A program made the translations under genes and the position numbers. The notes beneath the pieces were generated by a model, which did not search any database, was not told where the DNA came from, and worked only from the letters and a program-made list of their open reading frames with translations. From assembly GCA_965113315.1 (NCBI GenBank), contig OZ220364.1: a DNA stretch of 64,000 bases. The stretch is one strand, 5' to 3'. Positions within the stretch are counted from its first letter, which is position 1. Every line of letters begins with the position of its first letter. The stretch comes from Podarcis vaucheri (lineage: Eukaryota). Positions 24,104-37,417 of the stretch are shown here, piece by piece.

Positions 24104-27100
24104 GTTTGTTTTGGAAAATGTAATCTGGGCTACTTTACACCTATATGCATACTGGTATATATGAAAATTGGGTCATGAGTTTCCTTTTGACTGTGGTATG
24201 TATTTCACACAAGTGTTCATCAACTTCCTGATGGTGTCTACTCACTAAAGCAAACTTTTGCATTGGAACAAGTAGCATGTGATCTTAGCCCTTCAGTTTC
24301 AAGGGAAGCCCTGATTAACCACATTAAAAAGTCCTAATTAACTAAGATAAATGTCCAGGAGGAGATTCTTTTCCGCAAAAACATATTTGTCCCTGACCAG
24401 CCATAAATACTACATTGAAGGGCAGGATGGATAGGTGAGTGCTGTTTAAACAAACACACACCATTTCCCTGGAGAGAAATAAATCTGCTGCAGCTGAAAA
24501 TACACCTGGCAGCTACCTAGTGCATGTAGGAGAGGTATGTTATGGCAGCCATTGCTTTCTAAATAAGTACCTATTAAAGGAAGAACTCTGCAGGGCAATA
24601 GCTGTTTATTGGGCATTAGATCAGGCCACAAATGCCACAAAAGCAGATTAAATATATATTTAAGAGCAGAAAGCGCTGAGAAGGGAACTAACAGCAGGAA
24701 GGCCTGGTGAGAAGGAGACACTTCTTATGCACCCAGTCAAATAGCAAAGGTGAATTACTAAAAGTGGTAGAACTACAAAGAGAACTGCAAATGCAACTAG
24801 CCTTTCTACTTCACATTTTTTTGTGCAGCATTTTAAGGGTGATTATAAAAGTACATAGCCTGCCATGAACTCTAAAGCCCTGCATTTCCTCTGGGGATAA
24901 AGACGTTACCAAAAAGTGTTTCCTTTTAAATGATGGAAGCTGTTCCACTTTGACATGTTGCTGCTCCCCGAGCCTTGCAGCAAAAAGGTTTACAGCCCTT
25001 TATAATCTCTTTGGAGTCAGGAATTCTCCCTCATATTTTTATGGAAAGTAAACTGTGCAAGATGAAACATTGCATGCCCATGGTCAAGGTTGAAATAGAA
25101 ACCTGCAGTCCTGACAGGCTGCAACAAGATTCTATGCTGCATGTGTTCATGCTCTGCAGAAAAATGGTAAGAACAGAAACCAAGGGCAGTGTACTTTATG
25201 AAAGAACAACTCTGGAAAATAATAAACACAAAGAGCAATGCTGGTATATTGTTGGAAAGACACCCGACAACGTTATTCTAAGGCTATAGCCCTTTCCTCT
25301 TTATGTGCTATGCATAACAGAACTGCGTGGAATAATAAGAGTGCAGCTGTGAAAAAGAAAAACAGTTTCAATTAAGCAACCAAAAAATTGAGCAACATTT
25401 TCAAACTAGCATAATAATCAGAACTGGCTCTGCAAAATTATGTTAGCTAATTTCACACCTCCTTCCTATTTTTGCTCCTGTGAGCCTATCCGCCTTCTCT
25501 TGATGTTATTTTTTGCATTTGCTTCATAAAAAAATATTAGATTAAAAGTTTACTGGAGATAAAAATCTGGCAATCCTAGATTGAAATGGAACTGTAGCTG
25601 CATAGAGGCTCTGCAAGTTAAGATACTTTTGTGTCTCCAAATCAACTCTCTTGTAGACTCCCAGAGGGTTGAGATAGGGCCACAATGGTGTCTATTAAAT
25701 TCTTTCAAATCAGACTATAATCCAGATTAGAGTTCCATCCACAGCATGCCACAGGCAAAAAGCAGAATCTGTGGATAAAAGGTGCTTAAGGAACAAATAG
25801 TTCCAGTTGACTGACATTACTGAGTGAAGTTTCAGGTTGCAAAGGAAAGCAATTTTGCCTTGAGCGGCGGCGGGAGTATTTCTGCAATCTGTTTGCCAAC
25901 AAGATCTTTTCTGCACCTAATGTTGCATGTAGAATTCCAGCTCCATCCAACAACTGAGTTTAGTAATATGTAAACAGCATCTTGGCAGCTATTCAGGTAA
26001 CTTGTCAATTTGGAACGCGATGACACTTGGGGGAAGTGAGTGAATTTTCTACCATGAAGCTCATATGCAAATTAGTGTTCCATCCAATTAGTGGAGTGGA
26101 GCCTTGAACTAGAAGTCTGGCAAGTGGACCCAGGCATCTTTCTCATTGTGGTAACCTGCCAAATGAGAAAGTGTTCAGATTTGACCTGTTATTTGCACTA
26201 ACAGCCGGTATCGGTAAGGATTGGATGTCTCAATAGGCCAAGAGGATTCCCTCTGGTCCCAAGAAGCTTCCAAGTCTACCCTGGCTCCGCAGCATGAGAA
26301 ACCCAATGCACAGACGCACTGCTTTCACAGTGCTTATCCCTGCTTACCCATGTGCCAACTTGATTTCCTGTTTGAACCCTTAGCTTGGCTTAGTTGGTGC
26401 CTGCTTGCTGCAGACCACCATTCTTGGCAGATATCTAATAACCCAGATAAGCTATGGCAGCAGTAGCTAACCCCCAAGCACTCTTCCAAGTCCTTGGCAG
26501 CAAAAAGAAGGGGGAGGGTCAAATTAAACACAGTGCTGGGGCAAACAGATAGGTTTAAGCTTCTCCCCATCCCCCAGTCCAGTTCCCTGATGGAGATGCA
26601 AACTGTGTCCACCCTGGTGATCAGGTCAATCATTTAATGGACGGGGAGGGGGCATGGCCTTGCTGTGAAGACAGCATCACACATGGGAGTGTGGTCTAGC
26701 TGCACCTGCTGCTGCCTTGCAGTTTTAGGAGGGTTGGGTCAAGAGTGAATGCAGACCTTGGGCCAAAAAAAGTCATCCACTCCTGGGATGCAGACTCGTT
26801 CAGTTGAGATTTTATTGTACCAACTGTGATAGATCATCACAGCTATTGAATCAATAGAAGTGTCATTCCAAATTCTCCCTTTCTGCAAGGAAACCATTAA
26901 ACTAGTAACAAACTATTCTAAAATTGCCCCCCCATCTGTTTCAAGTATATAAGCCCATGCACCCACTCACAATCTATGATGATTCTCACCATCTCCTACC
27001 AACCTAGTACCCAACATATTATCAGTGGCTCAAATAATGGGCAGTGGCATTTCTGAATATGACTACTATGCTTCTGCTGCTCTGGGTTTTGCAGTATGAT

Positions 27101-28437
27101 TAAGTCTTGATCCCCCGAATCACTGCAAAAACCAATTTGCACTGTTTAAGAAATAAAATGCCTTTAAGATGCTCTCCGTACAATCATTAATCATTCTAAT
27201 TTAAAATATTTTCACCCTGCTGATTTCTGATGTTCTCTAATTTGCACAGATAAAATAATATTTGAAAATAATTAAGATTAGCATAGGCTTAGTTGTGCTG
27301 CATTGCTGGGTCAAAGTGCCATAATTAATGTTCATCCAGAGGTAATTAATTTCCAAAAGATTTGTAGACTAGACTTTATTTCCCACAGCAGCTTAGACAG
27401 AGATGTTACCTCTCATTATGTGGCTGAAGAGGTGGCTTGATTTAATGGCAACTGACGTGAATGTACATGGTTTTTTTGCTAAGGTGAGTGGCACGATAGC
27501 TCAAGCAACAAGGCAGCTAAAACTGCTCTGTTCCTTTGACAGTCTCCATGCCTTTAGAATAGGAGGAACAAGGCCGGCTCTGTCATGATGTGAAGTGTAG
27601 TAGGTGACTTTAGGTGGCAGATAGAGAGGAATGGCGTTTGGGGGGCTGCCAAAGGCAGATAGATGCTATAAGGGACTTTTAGGCTTGCCAACTAGTCAGT
27701 TTCTAGCACACATAGACAGGGTTGGCCCAGACACTGCTCTGTGCATTCAATATAGTGAATTTAAATTTGCTGTCACTCAGCCTCTGCCATTGTAAGCTGG
27801 ATCTTCTTAGTCCTGGCATTGAATGACAGTCAGGAAAAAGCTTGGCTGGCTTGTTGTTCCACTGTGGGATGTGTCAGCTGCCTGCACTCCTAAAGTTTCC
27901 TTGGATCATGGTTAGAGATGCATGTGAAGAAAAGGATGGGAGCTTACCACTGCCAAGCGAGAGGAGGAAGAACAGCTCAAAGAAAAGCTACAGCCAGCAA
28001 CAGCCAATCAGGGCCAGCTTCCTCTGCCATTGTGTGCATGTGTGTGAATGCATACATGAGAGAAAGTGCTTGTCTGTATGCTTTTTGTCTGTGTCTGCAT
28101 GAGAGATGGTATTAGTGCATCTTTGCTTCTTTTATCTGTCATGTGCACAGTGTTGGTTTTTTGCTAGAAAAAAAACCCACAGAATGTGCACATATATGTA
28201 AGAGAGAATGCAATTTTGGATTGTGCCTGTGTAAATGAGTAATGGGTCTTTGCAACATTTCCTACATTGTTGAATTCCTTGATCACATAATGCATGATCT
28301 GTAGTTTGAGGGTTGGTTGACTTTCTTGAGCTATGTATTCTGCATGTATTTCCTTCAGTACTCTAAAAGGGATTCACTTTAGATTGTCCTTGGAACTAGT
28401 TTCAGTGTTCCTCATATGTGAATGTCAGATGGCCTTA

Positions 28438-28789
28438 AAGGTAAAGGGGACCCCTGACTGTTAGGTCCAGTCGCGAACGACTTTGGGGTTGCAGCACTTA
28501 TTTTGCTTTACTGGCCGAGGGAGCCGGCGTACAGCTTCCGGGTCATATGGCCAGCATGACTAAGCTACTTCTGGCAAACCAGAGCAGCGCATGGAAACAC
28601 CATTTACCTTCCCGCCGGAGCGGTACCTATTTATCTACTTGCACTTTGATGTGCTTTCAAACTGCTAGGTTGGCAGGAACAGGGACCGAACAATGGGAGC
28701 TCACCCCGTTGCGGGGATTCAAACCGCCAACCTTTTGATCGGCAAGCCCTAGGCTCTGTGGTTTAGACCACAGCGCCACCTGCGTCCTT
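28438..28789 (-). mobile_element. Sauria SINE, full length
   Basis: Same family as 5666-6008; TSD tcagatggcctta (28425-28437 / 28790-28802). Confidence 0.9.
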
Positions 28790-29180
28790 TCAGATGGCCT
28801 TATGAATACAAATTTGTCCCCACGGTCCAGATGTTCACAGGAAATGATGTTTCAAGGCTCAGGCTGAAAGTGCTTGAGGTGCACCAAGCATTTTATCTTT
28901 GCAAGGTATCTGGTACTTCAGCATGCTTTTTAAACAAAATGTATCACAGGTACACAGGCATGACTCACCCCATTTGTAAGTAACGCTGGTCCCACATTCC
29001 ACCCCACATAAACTTTTTGACATCCATGTAGAAGCATTTCCACAGACACCTTCTGTATTGAGTTCAGGAATTATCTCATTAACAAGTAGCCTTTTGAGTG
29101 GCGAAATTAGCAGCACAAGACATTTCTCTGTTACGGATTGCTTAAATACCGGATCCATAAGCAATATATATTGTGCTTAC

Positions 29181-29287
29181 CTGAACTTTCATTTCTCGGT
29201 CTGTATCCCAGATTCTTATAATCCGTACATCTCCAGAAGTCATGAGAAGGCCAGTTTCCTGTTCCCAGTCCACCACCATCCCTGCTC
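29181..29287 (-). CDS. RPTOR: RPTOR coding exon (~exon 29), (G)AGMVVDWEQETGLLMTSGDVRIIRIWDTDREMKVQ
   Basis: 107 bp; ttcctcag acceptor, gtaagc donor. Confidence 0.97.
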
Positions 29288-29496
29288 CTGAGGAAAGAAA
29301 AAGGTGTGCCATACAAATTTATTCTTGGTACATGTGGACAGATGAAATAAGTCAGAACATTGTGGGAATGAAATCTTCTGGTCAAGCAGAGCAATCCAAC
29401 ACAATGAGTGCACTGTGCATCAATGTTAGAATGTGGTAGGTACTGTGGACTTTGGGAAGTGGCAAGTTTTGAGAAAAATATATAACGTGGTGCAGG

Positions 29497-29521
29497 GTGG
29501 TGGTGGTGGTGGTGGTGGTGG
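29497..29521. repeat. (GGT)n microsatellite
   Basis: Direct read. Confidence 0.95.
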
Positions 29522-30214
29522 CAGCCTTCAACAGTGGTTTCTGGTTGGTTTCATTTGAATGGTTTTATTCACAGGAGTCACAAACTGCTTGTATGATACA
29601 CAAAAGTGAGGGGAAAGTGTTTTAGTAATTATCTGTCCCCCTGTTTTTGTTCCCAGGGAAGAAAAAGACCATTCCTCTCCAATATAGCCATAAGGTTTTT
29701 GTTTTGCTTTGCTTTTTTAACATAGAGATAACCAGTAAATTGCATTAGGCATGGAAATACTCAAATGAATTTGTTGCAGTGATACGACCTTCTCTTGTTT
29801 CTAATCAACAAAATCCAATGCAACATGTGTTTTTTCTCTGGTTTCTGTACCTGGGTTCCTTTATAAGGAGGTTGGGCTGCGATGACAAATGACTCTGAAA
29901 CAATTTAGGATTCATAGCAGTCTCTCCCTTAACCCAACAAGGCAGCAGTTGATTCTTCCTGCCACCCTCACTATGACTTCCACCAGAGCCTTTTATAGGA
30001 TAACGAAACAGAACCCAAATAATGACTAATGCACCAATCTTCTGAAAGGGAAGTACTATGAAAAGTACCCAGCCCCACCAAAAGACCAGATATCTAGTCA
30101 AAAGATAAAAGCAAATTCTTGCATTTTTTAATCTTTTAACAGCAAAAACATGTAGCACTCCCTTAGATACTAACTGCCACCGTAAGGGCAGTAGCACCAT
30201 AATGCAGGGGGACA

Positions 30215-30540
30215 TTTATTTCTTATTTTAATGCATTTCTATAATGCTTTGTACTGAGTAAGTTTTTGAAGCGGGGTGCAGCAAAATAATAAAATCATAT
30301 AATAAAAACTATTAGCTGTATCCAACCAAGGTCTATATGCAACTCTATATAAACAGCAAATGGTATTGAAAGTCAATGAGAGATCATGCAGAAGTTGCAG
30401 GGTCGTAGATCCCATGCCCCTCTCCTGATAAAGATCCATCAGGGCAACCAAGGAAGATTCAGTCCCCATAACAGGCCTGAGTCCAGACTGGAACGTGTCT
30501 AGAGATAATCAGTATCCTCCAAGAGTGCCTGCAGCTGGGA
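30215..30540 (-). mobile_element. L2-clade LINE fragment (RT remnant + 3' tail)
   Basis: QLQALLEDTDYL..FQSG.RP..GTESSLVALMDL...LLHDLSLTFNTI resembles L2 RT. Confidence 0.7.
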
Positions 30541-33500
30541 CATCAAGACATCATAACAGCAGCACAAACGTTCTCCTAGTGCTATAAACACAAGCACCTA
30601 TTAAGGGTATTGTAGGACAAAAAAAAGGGTGAAGCTACTTCTCTTGCCCGCCTTGGATCGTCACCTGCTAGAGGTGCTGTTGCTGCACATCACATTGCAG
30701 ATCCTGATTTTATCAGGGGGTTGGATTGCATGACCCCCCCCGGTCCCTTTCCAACTCTATGAGTATGATCAAGGTATATGCTCTGAAAGCATCTTCCTAA
30801 TTATCTTTGTCTTCATTCCCTTCATCCAGTGGCCACGCCCAGGCCCACTTTAATGTTTCTTGTGGCCTGCTGGAAATGCCGGCTGCCAAAACACCTGAGC
30901 AAGTATGGAACTTGGGGGCTGCCCTGGGGCCCTTCGTTTGCTCTTACTGCAAGCAATGGGGGCGCAGGGTGGGAGGGAGAGAATGGCAGCAAAACGGACA
31001 GTGCATATTTTTATCTGGACATACAAACTTATTGTTTCTTCAGCTTCCTTGGCAACTTGGAGGGGTGCTACAGATTCAGAGCAAGCAAAAAGGCGGCAGT
31101 TTAGATTATAAGCACCTCTAAAGCATTTTGCGTTTGTCATCCTGTTTATGGTCCGTATGACAAGATAAACCCAGCAGGCTTGAGATGGATGATGCCTTTT
31201 CATCTTAAGCAGGCAGCACTCTAGGAAGAGATGCTTAAGCTGCCAGTTTCTCAGTCATTCATACTTACATTTCAGCACAAGAATCTTAACACTGTTTCAG
31301 CAGCAACATAATCTGCAGACCACACATACACAATATGTGGGTTTTTCTCCTTGCTTGTATGGCATGGCACCTTTGTTTACTTAGTGTCTGGAGGAAGTTG
31401 TCAGGTAGATGAGTCTGACTTTAGACTAGACGGACCGGTGGGTAATCACAATGTCCTGGGAGGAACTAAGCTGCCTATGACTGATGCTTTTATAGCTTTT
31501 TGGATCAACTACTCTAATGTCTCTTTGTGGGGCTCCATGGAGGTGTGGAGCTATTCTGCTCTCACATCTTCCCAGAACACAAAATAAAGTGTTCAACATT
31601 TAACTGCCTCGTGAACAGAATGCTAAATAAAGGAGGAAGGATTTAAATTCCTGGCTCTGCCATAGTCTGACTGACCTTGAGTAAGACATCTGTTCTTGCC
31701 CAAGTCTCACTTCTTACAACTGTGAAATGGGGTTAATAAAGTAATTCTCTCTCCTTTGTGGGAAGGGAAGCAGAAAAAGAATGTTCATCATACATCACGT
31801 AAAAGGAATTGGCTCTCTTGAAAGGTTTAACTGTGTGGAATGAACAAGACTCTACTCTTTAGTGGACGATATACAGATTTCTTCCTGAAGACTAATGAAA
31901 AATGTAAGCCTCTGCAAATGGGTGAGAAGGACTCCCTTCTTTATGCTGCTCTATAAAAATGGAAGCAGTCACTGTCTGAGCAATGGGGGTTCTGCTGAAT
32001 CTTTAGCAGTTAATGACAAATATTGCTTCTCAATATGCTTATTTGCCTTTTGTCTCCTTCCCCAGTCACTTGTGTTTTATGAAAACTGCCTTCCTCTGTA
32101 AGTAGTGTGCTCTGGATTCTCAGCTGCTTCACTAAATCTTGACAACTTCCTTGGCAACTATGCTCAAGAGGAAGTGACCTGGCCTGTTCCCACATAGTTC
32201 CAGGCAAACGATGCCGTCAGTGATAACAACCATTTTACAATATAAGGAAGCAGGGGAACCCTTTTTGGCCCTTGACAGAATATAGAATACGCTCTTCCTG
32301 CATGTAGTGACATGGAGGTTTATGTAGCTCTTGCCACCAGAGGGTGCCCATGTGCTGAGAACTAGGATGGCACAGCATCCCTCCACTCTCAAAGGATTGC
32401 AGCAGACAAACAGAATCTGAGATGTTTAAGATGTGTTTTTAAACCCATTCATGAGACATGAAAAGCAAAAAAAGATCTATGGAGACAGCCGCCCTTTGCA
32501 TTAAATCTAACTCATTCATAAGTGCATAAATATATAGAAAGCTATGAAATGCTAATAGAAAATGCTACATGATGATGAGCAAAGTAGCTTGTGTGCATTA
32601 CCCACTTCAGGGCAAACTAATGTTTATTAAAGTAGGCCTGAGGTTTCTGGTGGTTTTCAAAGAGGGAACTATCATAACATTATTGACTCATGTTTACATC
32701 TCAAGTTCCTTGCGGATCAGAGGCTCGTTGACGACTCTGGATTTCATTTTAATTAAAAAAAGAAAACCAACCTTGCCATGGGATTGGGGGATCTGGGGCA
32801 CAGAGTCAAGAAGACAGATCTTTTGGAGCCTTTCCAAACAATGTTCTTGCAAACAATAAAATCTGTGTGCAATTAGTTGTTTCTTATTTGTTCCAGGAGT
32901 CCAAATGCCTGTTTGCAAAGCAGTGCTCTCTGTTGCAAGAATATTGCATTTTTTCAGCACTCAAATAGCAGTATTTGTTCATGTGAAAATGCATCCATAG
33001 TTGCAAGCACAGTGCGAAGTGTGGCAGCATAAGCGTCACAGTCCTGAAGAGGACTAGTAACGCCAACAGAAATTATTGCTCTTTCACTTCCTTATATGCT
33101 AAACGTTCCTCTGCTGTACAACTCAAATGCACAAACGCCATCCCTTCCTCTTCTAAGCAATGTCCTCCCATGTTGTGAACTGTCTTTACATAGTTATTTA
33201 TTTATCTCCTGATTTTACACACACAGCAGCACAACACAACACAAACCAACCTTTGAAACTGGTTGTTTAAGATCTTTGTCAGACACCTCTCTCTGGATAC
33301 CCCTATCTTTGAAGGTGAGGAGGGTGCCTACTGGCAATAGGGCTCTCTCAGCAGCGATGCTTCAGTTGTTTTTCTCCCCTTATCCATTCATGTGGTGCTA
33401 GATTTGATGGTCTTTACTCAGCATCCTTTTGCTTTCCAGTGTGTTTTGTGTTACAGCTGGTTTAACATCTATCTGCTGATGATGTTTGATTGCATTTGTT

Positions 33501-33765
33501 AGCATTTTAATATTTGTTGTGGTTTCTGATCATGATGTTGTGAAGCTCCCCCAGATCCAACGGTCCCCTCCATGACATTCTCACAGGGCTCATGATGCAA
33601 GGTACTGCTCAGGTACTAGAGAGCTTGCTGCTATGTGCTCATGAGGAAATCTGTAATGGAGCCTACTGCCACAATTTGTTCCCAAAGAGGCAAGGTTCAT
33701 GACAGCCGACATATTCTCACAGACACCACGTAAAATAACTTCCACCTTATTCCCATAAGGCATTA

Positions 33766-33974
33766 CAGTGGTACCTCGGGTTACATACGCTTCAGGCTAC
33801 AGACTCCGCTAACCCAGAAATAGTACCTTGGGTTAAGAACTTTGCTTCAGGATGAGAACAGAAATCGTGCAGTGGCGGTGCAGCGGCAGCAGGAGGCCCC
33901 TTTAGCTAAAGTGGTGCTTCAGGTTAAGAACAGACCTCCAGAACAAATTAAGTTCTTAACTCGAGGTACCACTG
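33766..33974. mobile_element. Tigger-like MITE family A
   Basis: TIRs, TA TSD, opposite orientation to 2473-2692. Confidence 0.88.
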
Positions 33975-36900
33975 TACATAAAGTTGAGTGCATAAGACAC
34001 ATGGCAGAAAGCTAATTTTAAAAATGATTCCTCTTGGCTTCTTCACGCAAGGACTAGCAGTTCTGCGTTATATGGAAGGGTATTTTTAAAATATGTCAGA
34101 CACTGGAACTTTCCTTGTAGGATTCCCCCTAAGTCAGAGATGCATCTCAGTGGAATAGTTCCCTGCATATGTTTCAGCAAAGAATCCTGGCATCAGAAAC
34201 AGCTGCATTCCAAATACATTCTATTTAAATCATGTCCCCCCCCCATCCCCTCTCCCAAAATCACTGCTGTATCACAGTCTTTGTCTAACTGGCGTTTTGA
34301 TTAGTTCAGAAATGTGTGCACAGGCCACAACACAACAGTATCCAAGAAAAGGAAAGCTGATCTTCTATACACCGCCCCCCCCCCCGGCTGATAAATGAGC
34401 CATGCCCCTGTTTTAATTTCCAGGCAGCAGTGGGGAGGCTGCATTACCTCATTATTCATTAATTCCTGAAAATGCCCCTTCAAGTGACACTCCTGTGCCA
34501 AGCATCACCCAAATGACAAGAGAAGACTCTCTAGAACACCGGGAGCCTTAATTTACCAAGTGAAAAGTGCCTCAAAATAGAGCTGCTGCTCCCCTAATTA
34601 CTTTATTTTCATAAAAGACCTGACCTCTCTCAAGGCATCATGCTCTGTCTCTGACTACAGAGGCACAACATAAGTTAATCCCACAGACCAATCAATGCTG
34701 GGATTCACCTACTGCCTTTTTAAAAAGAATAACACATCACCTCCTCATGAGACTCCTTCTGTCTCATCCATATCGTGGTGGATAATGAATGCACTTGGAT
34801 GCTGGTTCTGAGGCAGCACAAATGTGGCATGACATGCAGTTCTCCTAGACGTTTTCCGCCCCACAAAGCAGAGTTACTAAGGTCTCTCCTAGATGGAGCT
34901 TTAACACTGCCTTTTAAGTTCAAAATGTCTCCCTTACCAAAACAAAACTCCTTATTGTGTTCATTACTTAGTAGTATTCCTGTTCTCTGCCCTGCTTCTC
35001 TCCTTGCCCCCCCCCAAACTTCATCCCTCCAACTTTCTCACCCCTTACTCTTTAAAAAAAAAAAGGTACAAGACCTGATAACTTTTATGAGCTCCTGGGT
35101 TGGGGGAAGCTCCTAATCCCGCCCCAGGCCTTGCCTGGAGCTTCTTTGATTTGAACATTTATTTAATTATAAATTGGATTTTTAAGCACTGCTTACTTTA
35201 AGTGTCAGATTGAAGGGAATAAGACCCTCAGACTTGACCAGGGAAATCTGTCATTAATGTCTTTTGTGGCTTTTGTTTTGCTAATCAGCAGCCTCATGGG
35301 ACTGCTCTGAAGAGTGTGGAAGTGGTGCTCAGGGAGATTTGTAATTTTTTCCTTCCATACCCTACCCCTAAAGCAAACTCCCCCCTCCCTACATAAAGTC
35401 TGCTATAACTGGCATGGAGAAGACAGATGTGGACAGCAGCTCTCCCCCTAAGCTAATAGTGATAGGAGAAGAATTACATTGGAGAAAAAGCCATGGGATA
35501 GTGTTTAATAAATCTCTTTCTCCTGGAGTACTACTTCCCCACTCTTCAAAGCAGCCCCATGGGACCGCTAATTAGCAAATAAACTACAAAAGGTCCTAAT
35601 CACAGTTCTTCCAGGTCAAGTCTGGTTTGGACCTTAGAATGCATTAATTTCCCAGAAGCAATTGATGCAGTGGTATTTCCCTGGTAAATTTCTAAGGTTG
35701 TGGGAAGCAGGAGTGGGAGGTCTGGAGCACACTTTCTGTTAGTTGTGAGACTGAGGCAAGATGGAGGATAGCCTAAGAGGACACATTTACCACATTTGCT
35801 AAACTCCTTCAAATATCAGTACAACAACAAAAAGCAAACCCATTTACAGACAGCCCTGCATTGCCTTTAGCCATCATCCAGCGAGTGAGGAGAAATGAGG
35901 CTGGACCACATGGTTATGCTATTGTGATAGATACTATTGGTTGGCAATCTCACATCCCCAAATGGACCTTTTCTCACTTTTTTTGTTACATTTGACATAG
36001 AATAATGAATCAGAGACAAGGTTAGTCACATTTATCAGATGGGATGGCAGTGTCTTTGCACTTTATAATCTGGAGCAAATATTTCTGTGCTTTTTGCAGT
36101 CATTTTGCCACTCTGAAACTCTCCAACTCCTCACAGAAAGAAATGTGTTCTCAAAGACCTCAACAGGTGTGCCAGGCTGGCTCTGAAGCGGAGCTATCTA
36201 TCCGTGTGCTCCTGACAGATTGTTGCTTCCAAAGCATCATCAGTATTGATTCTCTATGGTGGTTGCAATAAGCTGGTTTGGTCCCCAGCCTATCAAAAGG
36301 AAACCCCTTCAGCCTCCACCCTTCCTAATTTTAGCTTTGTCAGCTTGCCAGCAAGTTTCTACAAAAGATGGGATGCTCATAGTAATCCATTGTATTTGCA
36401 CGTTCTTCTCCACTGCATCCCAATAACCAGAGAAAGTTTAAAGGCCCCCACCTAAGAGAAGCCTGAATCACAGAACACACAGCCACCTTTGTTCTGATAA
36501 TCACTGCAGACACATTCCAGCCCTTATCAACTAGTGAATATTAATAATTCATAGAGCGCCTAAGAAGATTACATCAGCTTTCTGACACATACCACACATA
36601 CCATGTCCTGTTGTGCCAGCCATCTGTCACTATCTCAAAAGCTGAAGCAACAGAGAAGGGTTTCAAGTCCCATCCCTCCACAGGTTTTTTCCCCCAGTCT
36701 CAGTCTAAAGAGCTAAATACATGCTTTACTGTAGGTTGGAAATGTTCAAAACCTTTTCCAGACAATTAATTGCCAAAGGCGGAAACCAACTTTCCAGATT
36801 GAAACAAGGTCACGCTTGCCATTTACTTCCACTCAGCATCCCATAATTACAAATCAAAGAAACGTAGCAGTCAACAAAGACGGAGGCATTTCACGAAGAG

Positions 36901-37369
36901 ATGCTCCAACATTCCAGACCATCTCTTGAACTGTTTAAGAGTAATGGTGGTGGCCGAGAAGCTGCTGTACCCTGAGCATGGCTGGCCTGCTGCGATCCTT
37001 GTATAAAGTGATCACACAACAATATTGCCTCTGCATATCTTGAAAACACTTTTTAATTCCCACATTTTGTGATCAGGCTCCCAAAGCGAAGGAAAATGCA
37101 CGAATCTCCTCTCTTTGCCTTTCTTCCACGTGGACACTTGAGGCCCATCTTGACAGAATATCAGATGTAGAAGCCCACACTGCATAGTACAGACAAGCAA
37201 TACAAAGCAAGGAATGGGAAGGCCAGGAGAAGCTAAGCTGCCTTCCAAGAATTAACAGGACCCAGGAGATGTTAGAAGGAATGCCATTTTAAAAACAACA
37301 ACAACACATATGATTAGAAGGACCACCCCTCCCGCGCTGATTGTAGGTAAGAGGAAAGAGAGCACTCAC

Positions 37370-37417
37370 CTCCCTGTTTACTTCTGTCAAGATAGATTGA
37401 AACCCTTCGGGCCAGAC
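37370..37417 (-). CDS. RPTOR: Candidate 48-nt alternative RPTOR cassette exon adding LARRVSIYLDRSKQGG
   Basis: tgtcttctcacag acceptor, GAG|gtgagt consensus donor, length divisible by 3, open in the phase-1 frame between exons 28 and 29; no transcript evidence available here. Confidence 0.65.
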
